64,000 bases of DNA from Planctomycetota bacterium (GTDB taxonomy: Bacteria > Planctomycetota > UBA1135 > UBA2386): the NCBI GenBank assembly GCA_947501605.1, contig CANMWZ010000002.1, forward strand, positions 96,001 through 160,000, read 5' to 3'. The notes below the pieces were generated by a model, which saw only the letters and a list, made by a program, of their open reading frames with translations, was not told the origin of the DNA and searched no databases. Position numbers and translations under genes: made by a program. This document shows positions 1 to 9,760 of the stretch, piece after piece; positions within the stretch are counted from its first letter, which is position 1; each line of letters begins with the position of its first letter.

Positions 1-1
1 C

Positions 2-253
2 CTCGGCTCGGTCGTCAAGAAGATCCCATACGCCTACCCGCTCTACGAAGTCGGCTACGAAGCGCACCTCGAACCGATGATGGACTTCGTGCGCTCGCTG
101 CAGAACCTGCACACGACTGGCCGCCAGGGCGCATACCGGTACAACAACATGGACCAGTCGGTCGAGATGGGTCGCCGCCTCGCGTGGCAACTCGCGACCG
201 GCGGCAAGACAGGCTTCGGCGACGTCGCCACCGGTAAGGAGTACTTCGGCTGA
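2..253 (+). CDS. FAD-dependent oxidoreductase (protoporphyrinogen oxidase/UDP-galactopyranose mutase-like), 5'-truncated
   Basis: Manual translation from nt 2 gives ...YAYPLYEVGY...TTGRQGAYRYNNMDQSVEMG...EYFG*. GRxGxYxYxNMD is the typical C-terminal motif of this family. The stop overlaps the next ATG (TGATG). Confidence 0.7.
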   Translation, partial: LGSVVKKIPYAYPLYEVGYEAHLEPMMDFVRSLQNLHTTGRQGAYRYNNMDQSVEMGRRLAWQLATGGKTGFGDVATGKEYFG

Positions 254-1182
254 TGGTGGCGGCTCGATCCCCCGCTCCGCCTGCGCTGCCGGGGTCCATC
301 GAGGTCCTTCACTGTCAGCTGTGCGGGAGCGACCAGAGGCGTACGAAACTCCTCGACGGCGCCTTCACCGTCCACGAGTGCGCCCAGTGCGAACTCGTCT
401 ATGTCAGCCCCCGCCTGCACGGTGAGGCGCTCGCAAAGGTCTACGGCGAGGGCTACTGGAAAAGCGACAACCCCAAGTCGCGCGGCTATGCCAACTACGC
501 CCGCGAGGCCTCGCTCTACCTCAAGACCTTTCAAAAGCGCATGGCTCTGGTGCGGGAGTGGGTAAAGCCATCAGGGCGGGTGCTCGACGTCGGCTGCGCC
601 GCTGGCTACTTCCTGCAGGTCATGCGCGCGGCAGGCCATCCGGTGCTCGGCATCGAACCATCGGCGTCGATTGCCTCGCTCGCACGGCGCGAGCTCGGCG
701 AAGCGACCGTGTTCGTCGGCAACCTCGAAGACGCCCCACCCTCACTGGGCTACACCAAGGGCTCGTTTGATCTCGTGAGCTTGTGGGATGTCATCGAGCA
801 CATTCCGGACCCGCAAGCAGCCCTGCGCACCCTGCGCACGATGCTCGCCCCGGGCGGTCGCATCCTCCTCGAAACCCAGAACGTGGCGAGCCGATGGGCG
901 CGATTGCTGGGCCGACGCTGGCACCACTACAAGCACGAGGAGCACCTCTACCACTTCAATCCGCGGACCATCGAGCGACTGCTGCGCGACTGCGGCTTCC
1001 GGGTGCTCCACTGCGGCGCGGGCTACGCCGGCAAGTACGTTTCGTTCGGCTTCATCGCCGAACGCGCCGGCCGCCTTGGCAGAGTAGCGGGACTCCTGGC
1101 GAGCCCATTGCGGCTGTTGGGTGCCTGCAATCTCTACGTCAATCCGCACGACGAGATCATCGTCGTCGCCGAGCCTGTGTAG
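253..1182 (+). CDS. Class I SAM-dependent methyltransferase with N-terminal Zn-ribbon
   Basis: CQLC...CAQC, VLDVGCAAGYF motif I, FDLVSLWDVIEHIPDP. Confidence 0.85.
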   Translation: MVAARSPAPPALPGSIEVLHCQLCGSDQRRTKLLDGAFTVHECAQCELVYVSPRLHGEALAKVYGEGYWKSDNPKSRGYANYAREASLYLKTFQKRMALVREWVKPSGRVLDVGCAAGYFLQVMRAAGHPVLGIEPSASIASLARRELGEATVFVGNLEDAPPSLGYTKGSFDLVSLWDVIEHIPDPQAALRTLRTMLAPGGRILLETQNVASRWARLLGRRWHHYKHEEHLYHFNPRTIERLLRDCGFRVLHCGAGYAGKYVSFGFIAERAGRLGRVAGLLASPLRLLGACNLYVNPHDEIIVVAEPV

Positions 1183-1193
1183 CCCACCGCGCC

Positions 1194-1946
1194 ATGGAAC
1201 GGGTTGCCTACGAACGCTTCGCCAAGCTCGAGAACACCCACTTCTGGTTCTTGAGCCGACGCGCGATCTTCTTCGATGTGCTCGACCGGGTGCTGACAGG
1301 CGCACGCAACCTGCGCGTGCTCGAGATCGGCTGCGGTGCCGGTGGCATGATGGGCCCGCTGCAGCGCTACGGCACCGTCCATGGCATGGACATCGATGTC
1401 GAGTATCTGCGCTACTGCAAGGAGCGCGGACTCCCGCGCGTGCTCGCCGGCTCGGGCCATGACCTGCCATTCACAGACCAGGGCTTCGACCTCGTCGCGC
1501 TATTCGACTGTCTGGAGCACATTCCGGACGAAGGACGAGCCCTCCGTGAGATCCACCGCGTCGTGCGTCCGGGCGGGCACGTGTTCTTCTCGGTGCCGGC
1601 CTACGAGTGGCTGTGGTCCAACAACGACGACATCGCCCATCATCAGCGCCGCTACACGAAGCGGCGGCTGAGAACCGCACTCCGTAGCGCTGGCTTCGAG
1701 GTGCTGCGCGCCAGCTACTTCAACGCGCTGCTGCTGCCGTTGATCATCCCATCCGTGCTCATCCAGAAACTGCGCGGCAAGCTCGGGCTCCTGCCCAAGG
1801 GCTACAACAACACCTCGGTGGCGATTCCCGGGCCCTTGAACTGGTTGTTCACCAAGCTCATGTCTGCCGAGCGGTTTGCGATCCGCAAATGTGACCTACC
1901 GTTTGGCCACAGCTTGATCGCGGTCGCTCGGCGGCCTGCCCGTTAG
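1194..1946 (+). CDS. Class I SAM-dependent methyltransferase
   Basis: Start re-assigned to MERVAY (ATG 1194). Motifs HFWF, VLEIGCGAGG, FDCLEHIPDE, SVPAYEWLWS..D..AHHQRRY. Confidence 0.85.
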   Translation: MERVAYERFAKLENTHFWFLSRRAIFFDVLDRVLTGARNLRVLEIGCGAGGMMGPLQRYGTVHGMDIDVEYLRYCKERGLPRVLAGSGHDLPFTDQGFDLVALFDCLEHIPDEGRALREIHRVVRPGGHVFFSVPAYEWLWSNNDDIAHHQRRYTKRRLRTALRSAGFEVLRASYFNALLLPLIIPSVLIQKLRGKLGLLPKGYNNTSVAIPGPLNWLFTKLMSAERFAIRKCDLPFGHSLIAVARRPAR

Positions 1947-2041
1947 GCTCGAGACCGCCCCCCGGCTCGGAGCGCGACACCAAGGCTCTGCATCAGGCCG
2001 CGGGCAACTCATCCCGCATCGGGCCACGAGCAGTTCCTCGG

Positions 2042-4372
2042 TTACTTGTTTTGGCCGCTGGGCACATCGCCCTTCGGGGCATCGCCCTGGACGATCTGGC
2101 GACCTTCTGGCTCGCTATAGGAGTAGCGCGCCTTCAGCGCCTCCATCGAGAAGGACTGACTCAAAGCAGTCGACATCTCGATGAGCGGGAACAGCAGCTT
2201 CTTCTGCGAGTACTCCCGGCGAGTGAGGTCCTCGACCGCGAGCGGCTCGAGCTTGTCACAAACCGCAACTTGGTAGCGGCGGTCCGTCGTGTCTTCGACG
2301 ACGTCCGTGCTCTCGCCGACCTTCAACGTGTTCACGAGGCCACCCCAGAGGAACACCACGCTGCGCTCAAAACGCTTGTCGAAGAACGGGAGGTTGCGAA
2401 CGTCGCGACGGAAAGGCCCGACGCTCTGCATGGTGAAGCCGGCGACCTGTGCCGCAGCCTCCAACACCGTCGCGTAGTGCTCCTTCGCGAGCTTCTGATA
2501 GTCGGCGTCGATTTCGTTCTTTACGACCGACTGGAACTGCTCCTTCTGCTTGTCCTTGGCATCGAGCTGGGCTTTCACCATCGCCAGTTTGCGATCCCAT
2601 GCCGAGTGCGCCTGCGTGCCAGACTGCAACTTGCCGACTTGCTCGGTCGCAGCCACAAGGTCCGCCTGCAGCTTCTGTTCCCACTCGCCGTAGCGCTTGT
2701 CGACCTCGGTCTGGAGCTTCTTCTCGATCTCGAGAACTTTGTCTGGTGCCTTTTCCTTGCCCAAACGCAGCAGCTCGTCGGCAAGCAGCTTCTTCTTGTC
2801 ATCGCCGGTCGACTTGGCTTTCTCGCGGAAATACATGTCCTCGAGATGCACCTTGATCTCGTCCCATGCCTTCAACGGCCGCACCACGACTTCCGTCGCC
2901 TGCAGCAGGAATGCACCGCTCTGGGCACGTTCCGGCATGACTCCGAGGTCGCCGGCGGCGCGAAGTGAGGTCGCGCGCTCCGCGGTCTTCCACTCGCCGA
3001 GCTCGAGAGAGGCTAGGTCCTTCAGCTCTTTGGCGTTCTTCAAGCCGGGCAGCTCGCGCAGTTGGGCGCCAGCCTTGTCCTTGGTCAGCTCGGTCCACTT
3101 GGCGCGGAAATCGAAGCCCTTGCGCGCCTCGTCGAGCCGAGTCTCCGCCGCCTTCGCGACGTTCTCCATCTGGACGAAGAGGTTCTCAGCCTCACGCAGC
3201 TTGTTCTTCAGTTCCTCGTTGGCCTCGTCGGCAGCCAGCAGCTTCTTGGCTTCGTCCCTGGCCTGTTGCGCCTGGAACTTGTCCTGCAGGTTGCGCGACT
3301 GCTCCTCGACCAAGGGCTTCAGAATCTCCTGCTGGGCATCGCGAAGCTTGGTCAGCAGCTTGTTGAGGACCTCGTCGACCTTGAGGAGCTTCTCGAGCTG
3401 GGCCGCCACCTCAGCGTCGTCGACCGGCTTTGGCTTGCCCTTGTCGTCCTTGAAGCGATCGATCTCCTGCTTGTAGAGCATTTGGCGCTGCTCTTCGCCG
3501 ACCGTGAACCCAGTCAGTTCCTCGGTCCATTGCGCCGCGTCGAAGGCGTCAAAGCGCAGCACGCCTAGGAGCAGCGAGACGCGGTTCGTGTCGAACACCT
3601 CGAGGCGACTCTTCTCGTCGTCGGGCTTGCCTTCCATCCACTTGCGGATGTCGTCCTCGGAGACCACACCCTGCGCCTTCAACTCGGCTTCGAGGGCCTT
3701 CATGTCAAAGGTGGCGACGCGGCAGACGATCTTCTTCCGGTCCTCGCCGTCGAGAAGCTGGCGCAGTGCGGCAGCGTCCGAGGTGTCGATACCCATCGAA
3801 TGCAGCAACACGTAGTTGCCGATCCGCATCCCTTCCTTGACCAGCGCCCGATACTCGCTCAGGGAGCCAAAGCCTCGCTGCAAGGCCAGCTGAGTCGCGT
3901 TGTCATTGGCTTGCGAGCGCGAGTTGCTGACCCGCACCAGCCAGTCAATCGACTTGTCGACTTCGGTCATCGAAACTTCGAGACCACTGGTGATTGCCGC
4001 CCGCCGCAGGATGGCAAATCTGGTCGAAAGATCGTTCGCATCGCTGCCGACCACGAACTCCGGCAGCACGCCAGTCGGCAAGGTCCCGAGCTTGCGAGAC
4101 AACAGCCCACCGATCTCGCTGTCTTCGATCTGCAACTCGGTCTTGGCACCGTCGACGACAATCGTCGGCATTGGCCCACCGGGCCCATCGGTCACATCGT
4201 GCAGCCACTGCGTCATCGCCGTGCTGATCGAGAAGGTGACGAGGGCGAAGAGCCCCGCCGTGTAGAGGATCAGCTTCTGGTACTTGCGGAAGAACCCGAA
4301 GGCGCCCGCGAACTCGTCGTGGTGCTCGGTCTTCGGCGGCTCGACGGGCAGTTGTTCGCTAGTCATCGACAT
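2042..4372 (-). CDS. Membrane-anchored SurA-N/PpiD-like periplasmic chaperone, or coiled-coil hypothetical protein
   Basis: 776 aa with clean codon usage. N-terminal 'FFRKYQKLILY' plus one TM helix resembles the PpiD/SurA-N start; long Lys/Glu-rich helical body. Confidence 0.5.
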   Translation of the reverse strand: MSMTSEQLPVEPPKTEHHDEFAGAFGFFRKYQKLILYTAGLFALVTFSISTAMTQWLHDVTDGPGGPMPTIVVDGAKTELQIEDSEIGGLLSRKLGTLPTGVLPEFVVGSDANDLSTRFAILRRAAITSGLEVSMTEVDKSIDWLVRVSNSRSQANDNATQLALQRGFGSLSEYRALVKEGMRIGNYVLLHSMGIDTSDAAALRQLLDGEDRKKIVCRVATFDMKALEAELKAQGVVSEDDIRKWMEGKPDDEKSRLEVFDTNRVSLLLGVLRFDAFDAAQWTEELTGFTVGEEQRQMLYKQEIDRFKDDKGKPKPVDDAEVAAQLEKLLKVDEVLNKLLTKLRDAQQEILKPLVEEQSRNLQDKFQAQQARDEAKKLLAADEANEELKNKLREAENLFVQMENVAKAAETRLDEARKGFDFRAKWTELTKDKAGAQLRELPGLKNAKELKDLASLELGEWKTAERATSLRAAGDLGVMPERAQSGAFLLQATEVVVRPLKAWDEIKVHLEDMYFREKAKSTGDDKKKLLADELLRLGKEKAPDKVLEIEKKLQTEVDKRYGEWEQKLQADLVAATEQVGKLQSGTQAHSAWDRKLAMVKAQLDAKDKQKEQFQSVVKNEIDADYQKLAKEHYATVLEAAAQVAGFTMQSVGPFRRDVRNLPFFDKRFERSVVFLWGGLVNTLKVGESTDVVEDTTDRRYQVAVCDKLEPLAVEDLTRREYSQKKLLFPLIEMSTALSQSFSMEALKARYSYSEPEGRQIVQGDAPKGDVPSGQNK

Positions 4373-4397
4373 TGGATTGTGCGGTTCGATTCAAAGA

Positions 4398-4688
4398 CTA
4401 TCGCGGCGCGGATTCGCGCATCGCATCCGGCCCGGCGGCGTCGAGCGAGATCGCTTCCGATGTCAGCAGGATGGGGATCCCCTCCTCGATCGGATAGGCG
4501 ATGCGCGTACCTTCAGGCTGAAGTGCCGCTGCCAGCGGCCGTGTCACGGCTTGCCCGCCCTGGTTCTTCACGGCGCCCTTGGCAATGCGCTGATTGAGCA
4601 CCGCCAGTTCGGCGGCTGGCAGTTCGACGAGGCGCTGCCGTGTGGCTGGCGCGACGAGCAACTTTAGGAACTCGGGATCGAATGCCAT
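4398..4688 (-). CDS. Trm112-like (YcaR family) protein
   Basis: MAFDPEFLKLLVAP.TRQ.L ... AYPIEEGIPILL. Confidence 0.8.
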   Translation of the reverse strand: MAFDPEFLKLLVAPATRQRLVELPAAELAVLNQRIAKGAVKNQGGQAVTRPLAAALQPEGTRIAYPIEEGIPILLTSEAISLDAAGPDAMRESAPR

Positions 4689-4700
4689 GGCTTTGGAGTG

Positions 4701-4773
<73 letters not shown>

Positions 4774-4964
4774 GCGCTGAGCGGAAGAGGCCCCACACGA
4801 ATGGGGCGAGCAGTGAAGCGGTAGGAACGCGCCGGCGCAAGTACTTGGGCGCGGGACCGCGAGTGGAAGCTGGCCGCAAGCCGTCTTTCGCTGCGGGCTC
4901 GGGACCGCACGGCAAACACCGCCCGCATCGGCGCGTGCGCGCCAGGTGGCGCGCCGTCGCCCAC

Positions 4965-5534
4965 TCATTCCTCGAGGATCTCTTTCTGCTTGCCCTTCAG
5001 AACATCGTCCATCTTCTGCTCGGCGCCCTTCATTTCCTGGTCGATCTTCTCGTGCAGGCCCTTGCACTGGTCTTCTGTCACCTTGCCGTCCTTCTTGCAC
5101 TGGTCCGCATGCTTGTTGGCCTCCCGGCGCTCGTTGCGCAGCGCGACGCGGTTCTGCTCCACCAAGTCCTTGACCTTCGCGGCGAGCTTTTGGCGCTGCT
5201 CCCCGGACAGCGGCGGCAACGTGAGGCGAAGCACCTTGCCGTCACCCTGTGGGTTCAGACCGAGGTCGGATTTCTGCAAGGCACGCTCGATCTCTTTGAG
5301 GATGCCCGGCGAGTTGTCGAACGGCCGGATCATCAGTTGCCGAGGTTCCGGCACCGAGATGTGGGCCATCTGCTGTAGCGGAGTCGGGGTGCCGTAGTAG
5401 TCGACCCTGACGGTATCGACGAGCGCCGGCGAAGCACGGCCGGTGCGGATGCCCGCCAACTGGTCCCTTACGTGCTTGACCGTCTTCTCGATCTTGGCCT
5501 TGAGGTCATTGAGGATTTGCGCAGTCGCGTCCAT
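4965..5534 (-). CDS. frr: Ribosome recycling factor
   Basis: IRTGRASPALVD.VRVDYYGTPTPL, LGLNPQ.DG, PPLS.E.R; lies after pyrH. Confidence 0.97.
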   Translation of the reverse strand: MDATAQILNDLKAKIEKTVKHVRDQLAGIRTGRASPALVDTVRVDYYGTPTPLQQMAHISVPEPRQLMIRPFDNSPGILKEIERALQKSDLGLNPQGDGKVLRLTLPPLSGEQRQKLAAKVKDLVEQNRVALRNERREANKHADQCKKDGKVTEDQCKGLHEKIDQEMKGAEQKMDDVLKGKQKEILEE

Positions 5535-5674
5535 GGTTCGGCTCCTGGGTGTTGCGCGATGCTAGCGCCGGAGGTGCGGGATAGGAACGGTTCCGAAGTC
5601 GCAAGCGGCCGCGCTGTGTGTCCGAGCCGTAGCCAGCGGGAAGAGCCTGCAGCGTGGGCGGCTCGGATCCCGGC

Positions 5675-6388
5675 TCAGATCACCCACGTGCCGATGTCCT
5701 CGCCGCGCACTGCGCGTTCGAGGTTGTCAGCCACGAACATGTCGAACACCATGATCGGCATGTCGTTCTCCATGCAAAGCGTGAACGCCGTGCGGTCCAT
5801 CACACGCAGGTCTTTCTGCAGTGCTTCGGCAAACGTCAATTGCCGGTACTTGGTCGCGGTCTTGTCCGTCTTCGGATCTGCCGTGTACACACCGTCCACC
5901 TTGGTCGCTTTGAAGATCGCGTCGACCCCCAACTCCGTGGCTCGCAGAGCCGCCGCCGTGTCGGTAGTGAAGTACGGGTTGCCGGTGCCGCCAGCCAAGA
6001 TGACTACACGCCCCTTCTCGAGGTGCCGAATCATCCGCCGACGGATGTAGGGCTCCATCAGCGTCTTCATCTCGATGGCCGAAGCTGCACGCGTTTCCAC
6101 GCCAGCGCGTTCGAGACCATCCTGCAGTGCCAGCGTATTGATGGCAGTGGCTAGCATGCCCATGTGGTCGGCAGTGGCGCGATTGGTTCCGCGCTTGCTG
6201 AACTCTGCGCCGCGCAGCAGATTGCCGCCACCGACGACGATCGCAATCTCGACCCCAAGGCGCTGCACTCGCGCAACGCGGTCGGCGATGGTCGCCACAA
6301 CATCGGGATCGACGCCTGCGCCGTTCTCACCAAGGCTCTCGCCGCTGAGTTTCAGCAGGATTCGCTGGATCTTGCTCGGTAGGGGCAC
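5675..6388 (-). CDS. pyrH: Uridylate kinase
   Basis: RILLKLSGE, VVGGGN, ADHMGMLAT, GTGNPYFTTDTAAALRA. Confidence 0.98.
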   Translation of the reverse strand: MPLPSKIQRILLKLSGESLGENGAGVDPDVVATIADRVARVQRLGVEIAIVVGGGNLLRGAEFSKRGTNRATADHMGMLATAINTLALQDGLERAGVETRAASAIEMKTLMEPYIRRRMIRHLEKGRVVILAGGTGNPYFTTDTAAALRATELGVDAIFKATKVDGVYTADPKTDKTATKYRQLTFAEALQKDLRVMDRTAFTLCMENDMPIMVFDMFVADNLERAVRGEDIGTWVI

Positions 6389-6406
6389 GCCGACCTCCGC
6401 TGGGAC

Positions 6407-7021
6407 TCAGCCGCCCAGAACCATGTAGTGGAATCGTCGAATCTGGATGTTCTCGCCGATCTTGCCAACGAGTTGTTGGCGAACCTGCTCGATCGTGCGC
6501 GTATCCGTTTGATCGACCGGGTTCACGTAGCCCATCTCGACGAGGCACTTCGACTGAAAGAACTTGTCCATGCGGCCTTCGATGGCCTTGTCGATGACCT
6601 GCTGCGGCTTGCCCTTCATCGTCTGCATGGTCTGCTCGAGCACCACGGCGCGTTCACGCTCTACCGCTGCAGCATCGACCGCTTCACGATTGAGAAAGGT
6701 CGGCGCGTAGGCCGCGGCGGCGAGGCAGCAGCCCTTGCCGAACATGTTGAAATCCTGGTTGAGAGCGACGAAGTCGGTCTCGCAGACGATCTCCAGCAGC
6801 ACAGCGACCTTGCCGTTGTGATGCACATAGCTGAACAGCTTGCCTTCCTTGACGTCGCGATCCGCAGCCTTCTCCGCACTGGCCTTGCCCTTCTTGCGCA
6901 GCCAGTCGACAGATTTTTCCATGTCGCCGCCGTTCTCGGTCAGCGCCTGCTTGCAGTCCATCATCGGCGCGCCGGTGGATTCGCGCAGCTTCATCACCAA
7001 CTTGGCATCGATCTTCGTCAT
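6407..7021 (-). CDS. tsf: Translation elongation factor Ts (short, ~200-aa type)
   Basis: KLRESTGAPMMDCKQAL, WLRKKG, CETDFVA, KIGENIQIRRF. Confidence 0.97.
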   Translation of the reverse strand: MTKIDAKLVMKLRESTGAPMMDCKQALTENGGDMEKSVDWLRKKGKASAEKAADRDVKEGKLFSYVHHNGKVAVLLEIVCETDFVALNQDFNMFGKGCCLAAAAYAPTFLNREAVDAAAVERERAVVLEQTMQTMKGKPQQVIDKAIEGRMDKFFQSKCLVEMGYVNPVDQTDTRTIEQVRQQLVGKIGENIQIRRFHYMVLGG

Positions 7022-7232
7022 GGTTGCACTTCCGTTCGAAATCAGAGTCGCTCAGCCCGCGGACGCGTGCAGCGCACGTCGCTTCCGGTCACGCAGGCTC
7101 GGCCACTGCATCCCAGGGCCGCCGTTCTCTTCCCACCCAGGTGGATCTCCTGCGGGGCACCGCAGACGCGCGGCACCGCGCCCTGCGGCATGTCCGCTGG
7201 CACAACCGGAGTTGCACCAACGGTTCGTCGGC

Positions 7233-8237
7233 TCAGCTCGCCGGCGGAGCGTCCGCCGCAGCAGCGCTGGGAGCCGCTTCCGGAACATCCTTGCCGATCG
7301 ACACGGAGTCAGCGTGGCCAGCACGTGAACCGCCGCCGAAGCGACCGCCACTGCCACCACCACCACCACCACCGCCGCCACCAGGACCACCACGGCTCGG
7401 ACCGCCGCGACCTGGACCACCGCGACCTGGGCCGCCTCGACCTCGGCCTTCACCGCGACCATCGCGACCACCCTCGGCCCGACGACCAGGCGCTTGGCGA
7501 TTGCGCACGTCTTCGGTGGCGACGCGCTGGGCATCGCGCAGCGTCGAATCGTCGCACAGCTTGTGACCTTCGATCACGGCTTCCGCCAAGTGACCAAGGA
7601 TCAACTGGACCGAACTCATCGCATCGTCGTTCGCAGGAATGACGATGTCGGCGAAACCAGGGTCACAGTCGGTGTCGAGGATGCAGACCACTGGCACGTT
7701 CATGCGAGCGGCTTCCTTGACGGCATTCTCTTCGCGGCGAGGATCGACCACGACCATGGCGCCGGGCAGACCATGAAGCACGCGCACGCCTTCGAGGTTG
7801 CGGCGGATCTTCTTCATGTCGCGGCGCATCGTCGACTGATCCTTCTTCTTGTAGCGCTCCATCGTGCCCGTGCTCTCGAGGTTCTCGAGCTCAATCAGGC
7901 GCGTGAGGCGCTCGCGAACGGTCGCGAAGTTGGTCAGCGTACCGCCGATCCAACGCTCGGTGACCGCCGGCATCGAAGCGCGCTGCGCCTCGGTCTCGAC
8001 GACCGCGCGAATCTGCTTCTTGGTGCCGAGGAACAGGATCTGCGCACCCGTGGCGGCGAGTTGCCGCAGGAAGTGCGCCGCCCGGTAGAGACCCTTGATG
8101 GTCTCTTCCAGGTTGATGATGTGGATCTTGTGCCGTTTGCCGTGGATGTACGGCTTCATCTTCGGGTTCCACCGGCTGGCCTGATGGCCGTAGTGAACAC
8201 CGGCGTCGATCAACTGCTGGACGGTTACGAGCGGCAC
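7233..8237 (-). CDS. rpsB: 30S ribosomal protein S2 with RGG/Gly-rich C-terminal extension
   Basis: AGVHYGHQ..RWNPKM, RWIGGTLTNF, DTDCDP, IPANDDA; first gene of the rpsB-tsf-pyrH-frr operon. Confidence 0.97.
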   Translation of the reverse strand: MPLVTVQQLIDAGVHYGHQASRWNPKMKPYIHGKRHKIHIINLEETIKGLYRAAHFLRQLAATGAQILFLGTKKQIRAVVETEAQRASMPAVTERWIGGTLTNFATVRERLTRLIELENLESTGTMERYKKKDQSTMRRDMKKIRRNLEGVRVLHGLPGAMVVVDPRREENAVKEAARMNVPVVCILDTDCDPGFADIVIPANDDAMSSVQLILGHLAEAVIEGHKLCDDSTLRDAQRVATEDVRNRQAPGRRAEGGRDGRGEGRGRGGPGRGGPGRGGPSRGGPGGGGGGGGGGSGGRFGGGSRAGHADSVSIGKDVPEAAPSAAAADAPPAS

Positions 8238-8595
8238 TCTGGCATCTCCTGAGCCTGCGAAGGGACTGCGTGCAGAAATGTAGGGGCGGGGAGCATAGGC
8301 GCGAGCGACTCCGGGTCAAGAGTGCGCCGGGTCGATCCAACAGACAAAAACAAATCGAGGTCGCAGCCCAGACCGCCGTCGTCACCGATGTTGCGTGCGC
8401 CTCGTCGACCGATCGCAGTCGCCGCCGGCGCCAAGAGTGGGCCGCCCATCGCCACGGCGTGCACACGCCCAGGCAGCGTGGATCCCATTCGCCCCACCGC
8501 AGCCAATGGGCATCACGAGGACCACCCCAGACAGGGTGTGTCAACGGCTCCAACACCCCCCTTTGCAGCCGCGAGTTCGGCCGCATACTGGGATC

Positions 8596-9585
8596 GTGAC
8601 TCAAGCAGCCCCCATTGACCCTAGCCCTGACCTGGTGCTGGTTTGCAACCACGGTCGCGACCCTCTGCAGGAACTCGTAGACGCTCTGGTGCGGGCCGGC
8701 CTTCGAGTCGAGGTTTCGGAATCGCTGGCGGACACGCGCCGCCTGCTGCGCGAGGTTCGTCCCGCAGCCGTCATCCTCAACCCACTCACCCTCGTAACCG
8801 GCGGGATCGAACTCGAGCTCGTCGAGAGCCTGCAACGCGACGACGACCCAGTCCCGGTTCTTGTGCTGCTCGAGGATCTGCAGCTCTTTGCCGATGCCCA
8901 TCACTGGCGCCTGCCGATCCGAGATTTTTTGCGCAAGCCGGCGTCACCGCGCGAAACCCTACATCGCGTTGAGCTCGCGTTGCAGCATCGACGTCGGCAC
9001 GCGACACTGGTGACTCAGAAGCGCGACTTGGAGGGCCAGATCAGCGTCGACTTCAAGACCGGCCTGCTGAGCGAACGGTTCTTCAACCGAATCCTCGCGC
9101 TCGAATGGAAGCGAGCCCGGCGACATCAAGACCCGATGTCGCTGCTGTTGTTGGATGTCGACAACTTCAAGAGTGTCAACGACTCCACCGAGTACACGTT
9201 TGGCGACGAGGTTCTGCGCAAGATCGGCGAGACCCTGCGCGCCACACTCCGCGAAACCGACTTCGCCGCACGAATCGGAGGCGACGAGTTCTGCGTCTTG
9301 CTCCCGCAGACAACCCCCAAGGAGGCGGTCCAGACTGCGATGCGTCTGCGCCAGCGGATCGCCGATACCTCGATTCAGCAAGGCCCGTACTCGCGCCAGG
9401 TCACCGTGTCGATCGGCATCGACGCGCACGACGCCCGCTCGACGAGTAGCCCCGAGATCCTGCGCAGCCGCGCCAATCTCGCGCTCAAGGAAGCGAAGAA
9501 GCGTGGCAAGAACCAGGTCTGGCTCTACTCCGGGCAGCCCGCCAGTGGTGAAGGGACCGTTGGCGACGCCGCCACCGCAAGCTGA
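8596..9585 (+). CDS. Diguanylate cyclase with N-terminal (pseudo)receiver domain
   Basis: D.KTGL, LDVDNFKSVND, RETD I-site, RIGGDEF. Start probably GTG 8596. Confidence 0.88.
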   Translation: MTQAAPIDPSPDLVLVCNHGRDPLQELVDALVRAGLRVEVSESLADTRRLLREVRPAAVILNPLTLVTGGIELELVESLQRDDDPVPVLVLLEDLQLFADAHHWRLPIRDFLRKPASPRETLHRVELALQHRRRHATLVTQKRDLEGQISVDFKTGLLSERFFNRILALEWKRARRHQDPMSLLLLDVDNFKSVNDSTEYTFGDEVLRKIGETLRATLRETDFAARIGGDEFCVLLPQTTPKEAVQTAMRLRQRIADTSIQQGPYSRQVTVSIGIDAHDARSTSSPEILRSRANLALKEAKKRGKNQVWLYSGQPASGEGTVGDAATAS

Positions 9586-9760
9586 TCGCGCGCGCCTTGT
9601 AGGGTGAATGGGGAAACAGGCTCGAAACGGGACGCTACAGAGCAGCCAGCGCCATGGCGCTGCGCCGTACGGTGCGACGAGCACGACTCAAGTACCGCCA
9701 TTGCCATTGGCATCCCGGTGCTAGGATTCTTCGGCCACCCCAAACCCAAATCGCCACCGT

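Noticed and set aside
6407..7021. Short EF-Ts as a truncated pseudogene
   Set aside because: The ~200-aa EF-Ts form is an established natural variant and the terminal motifs are intact.
7022..7232. Structured RNA between rpsB and tsf
   Set aside because: GC-rich hairpins are present, but there is no recognisable family and they are expected by chance at this GC content.
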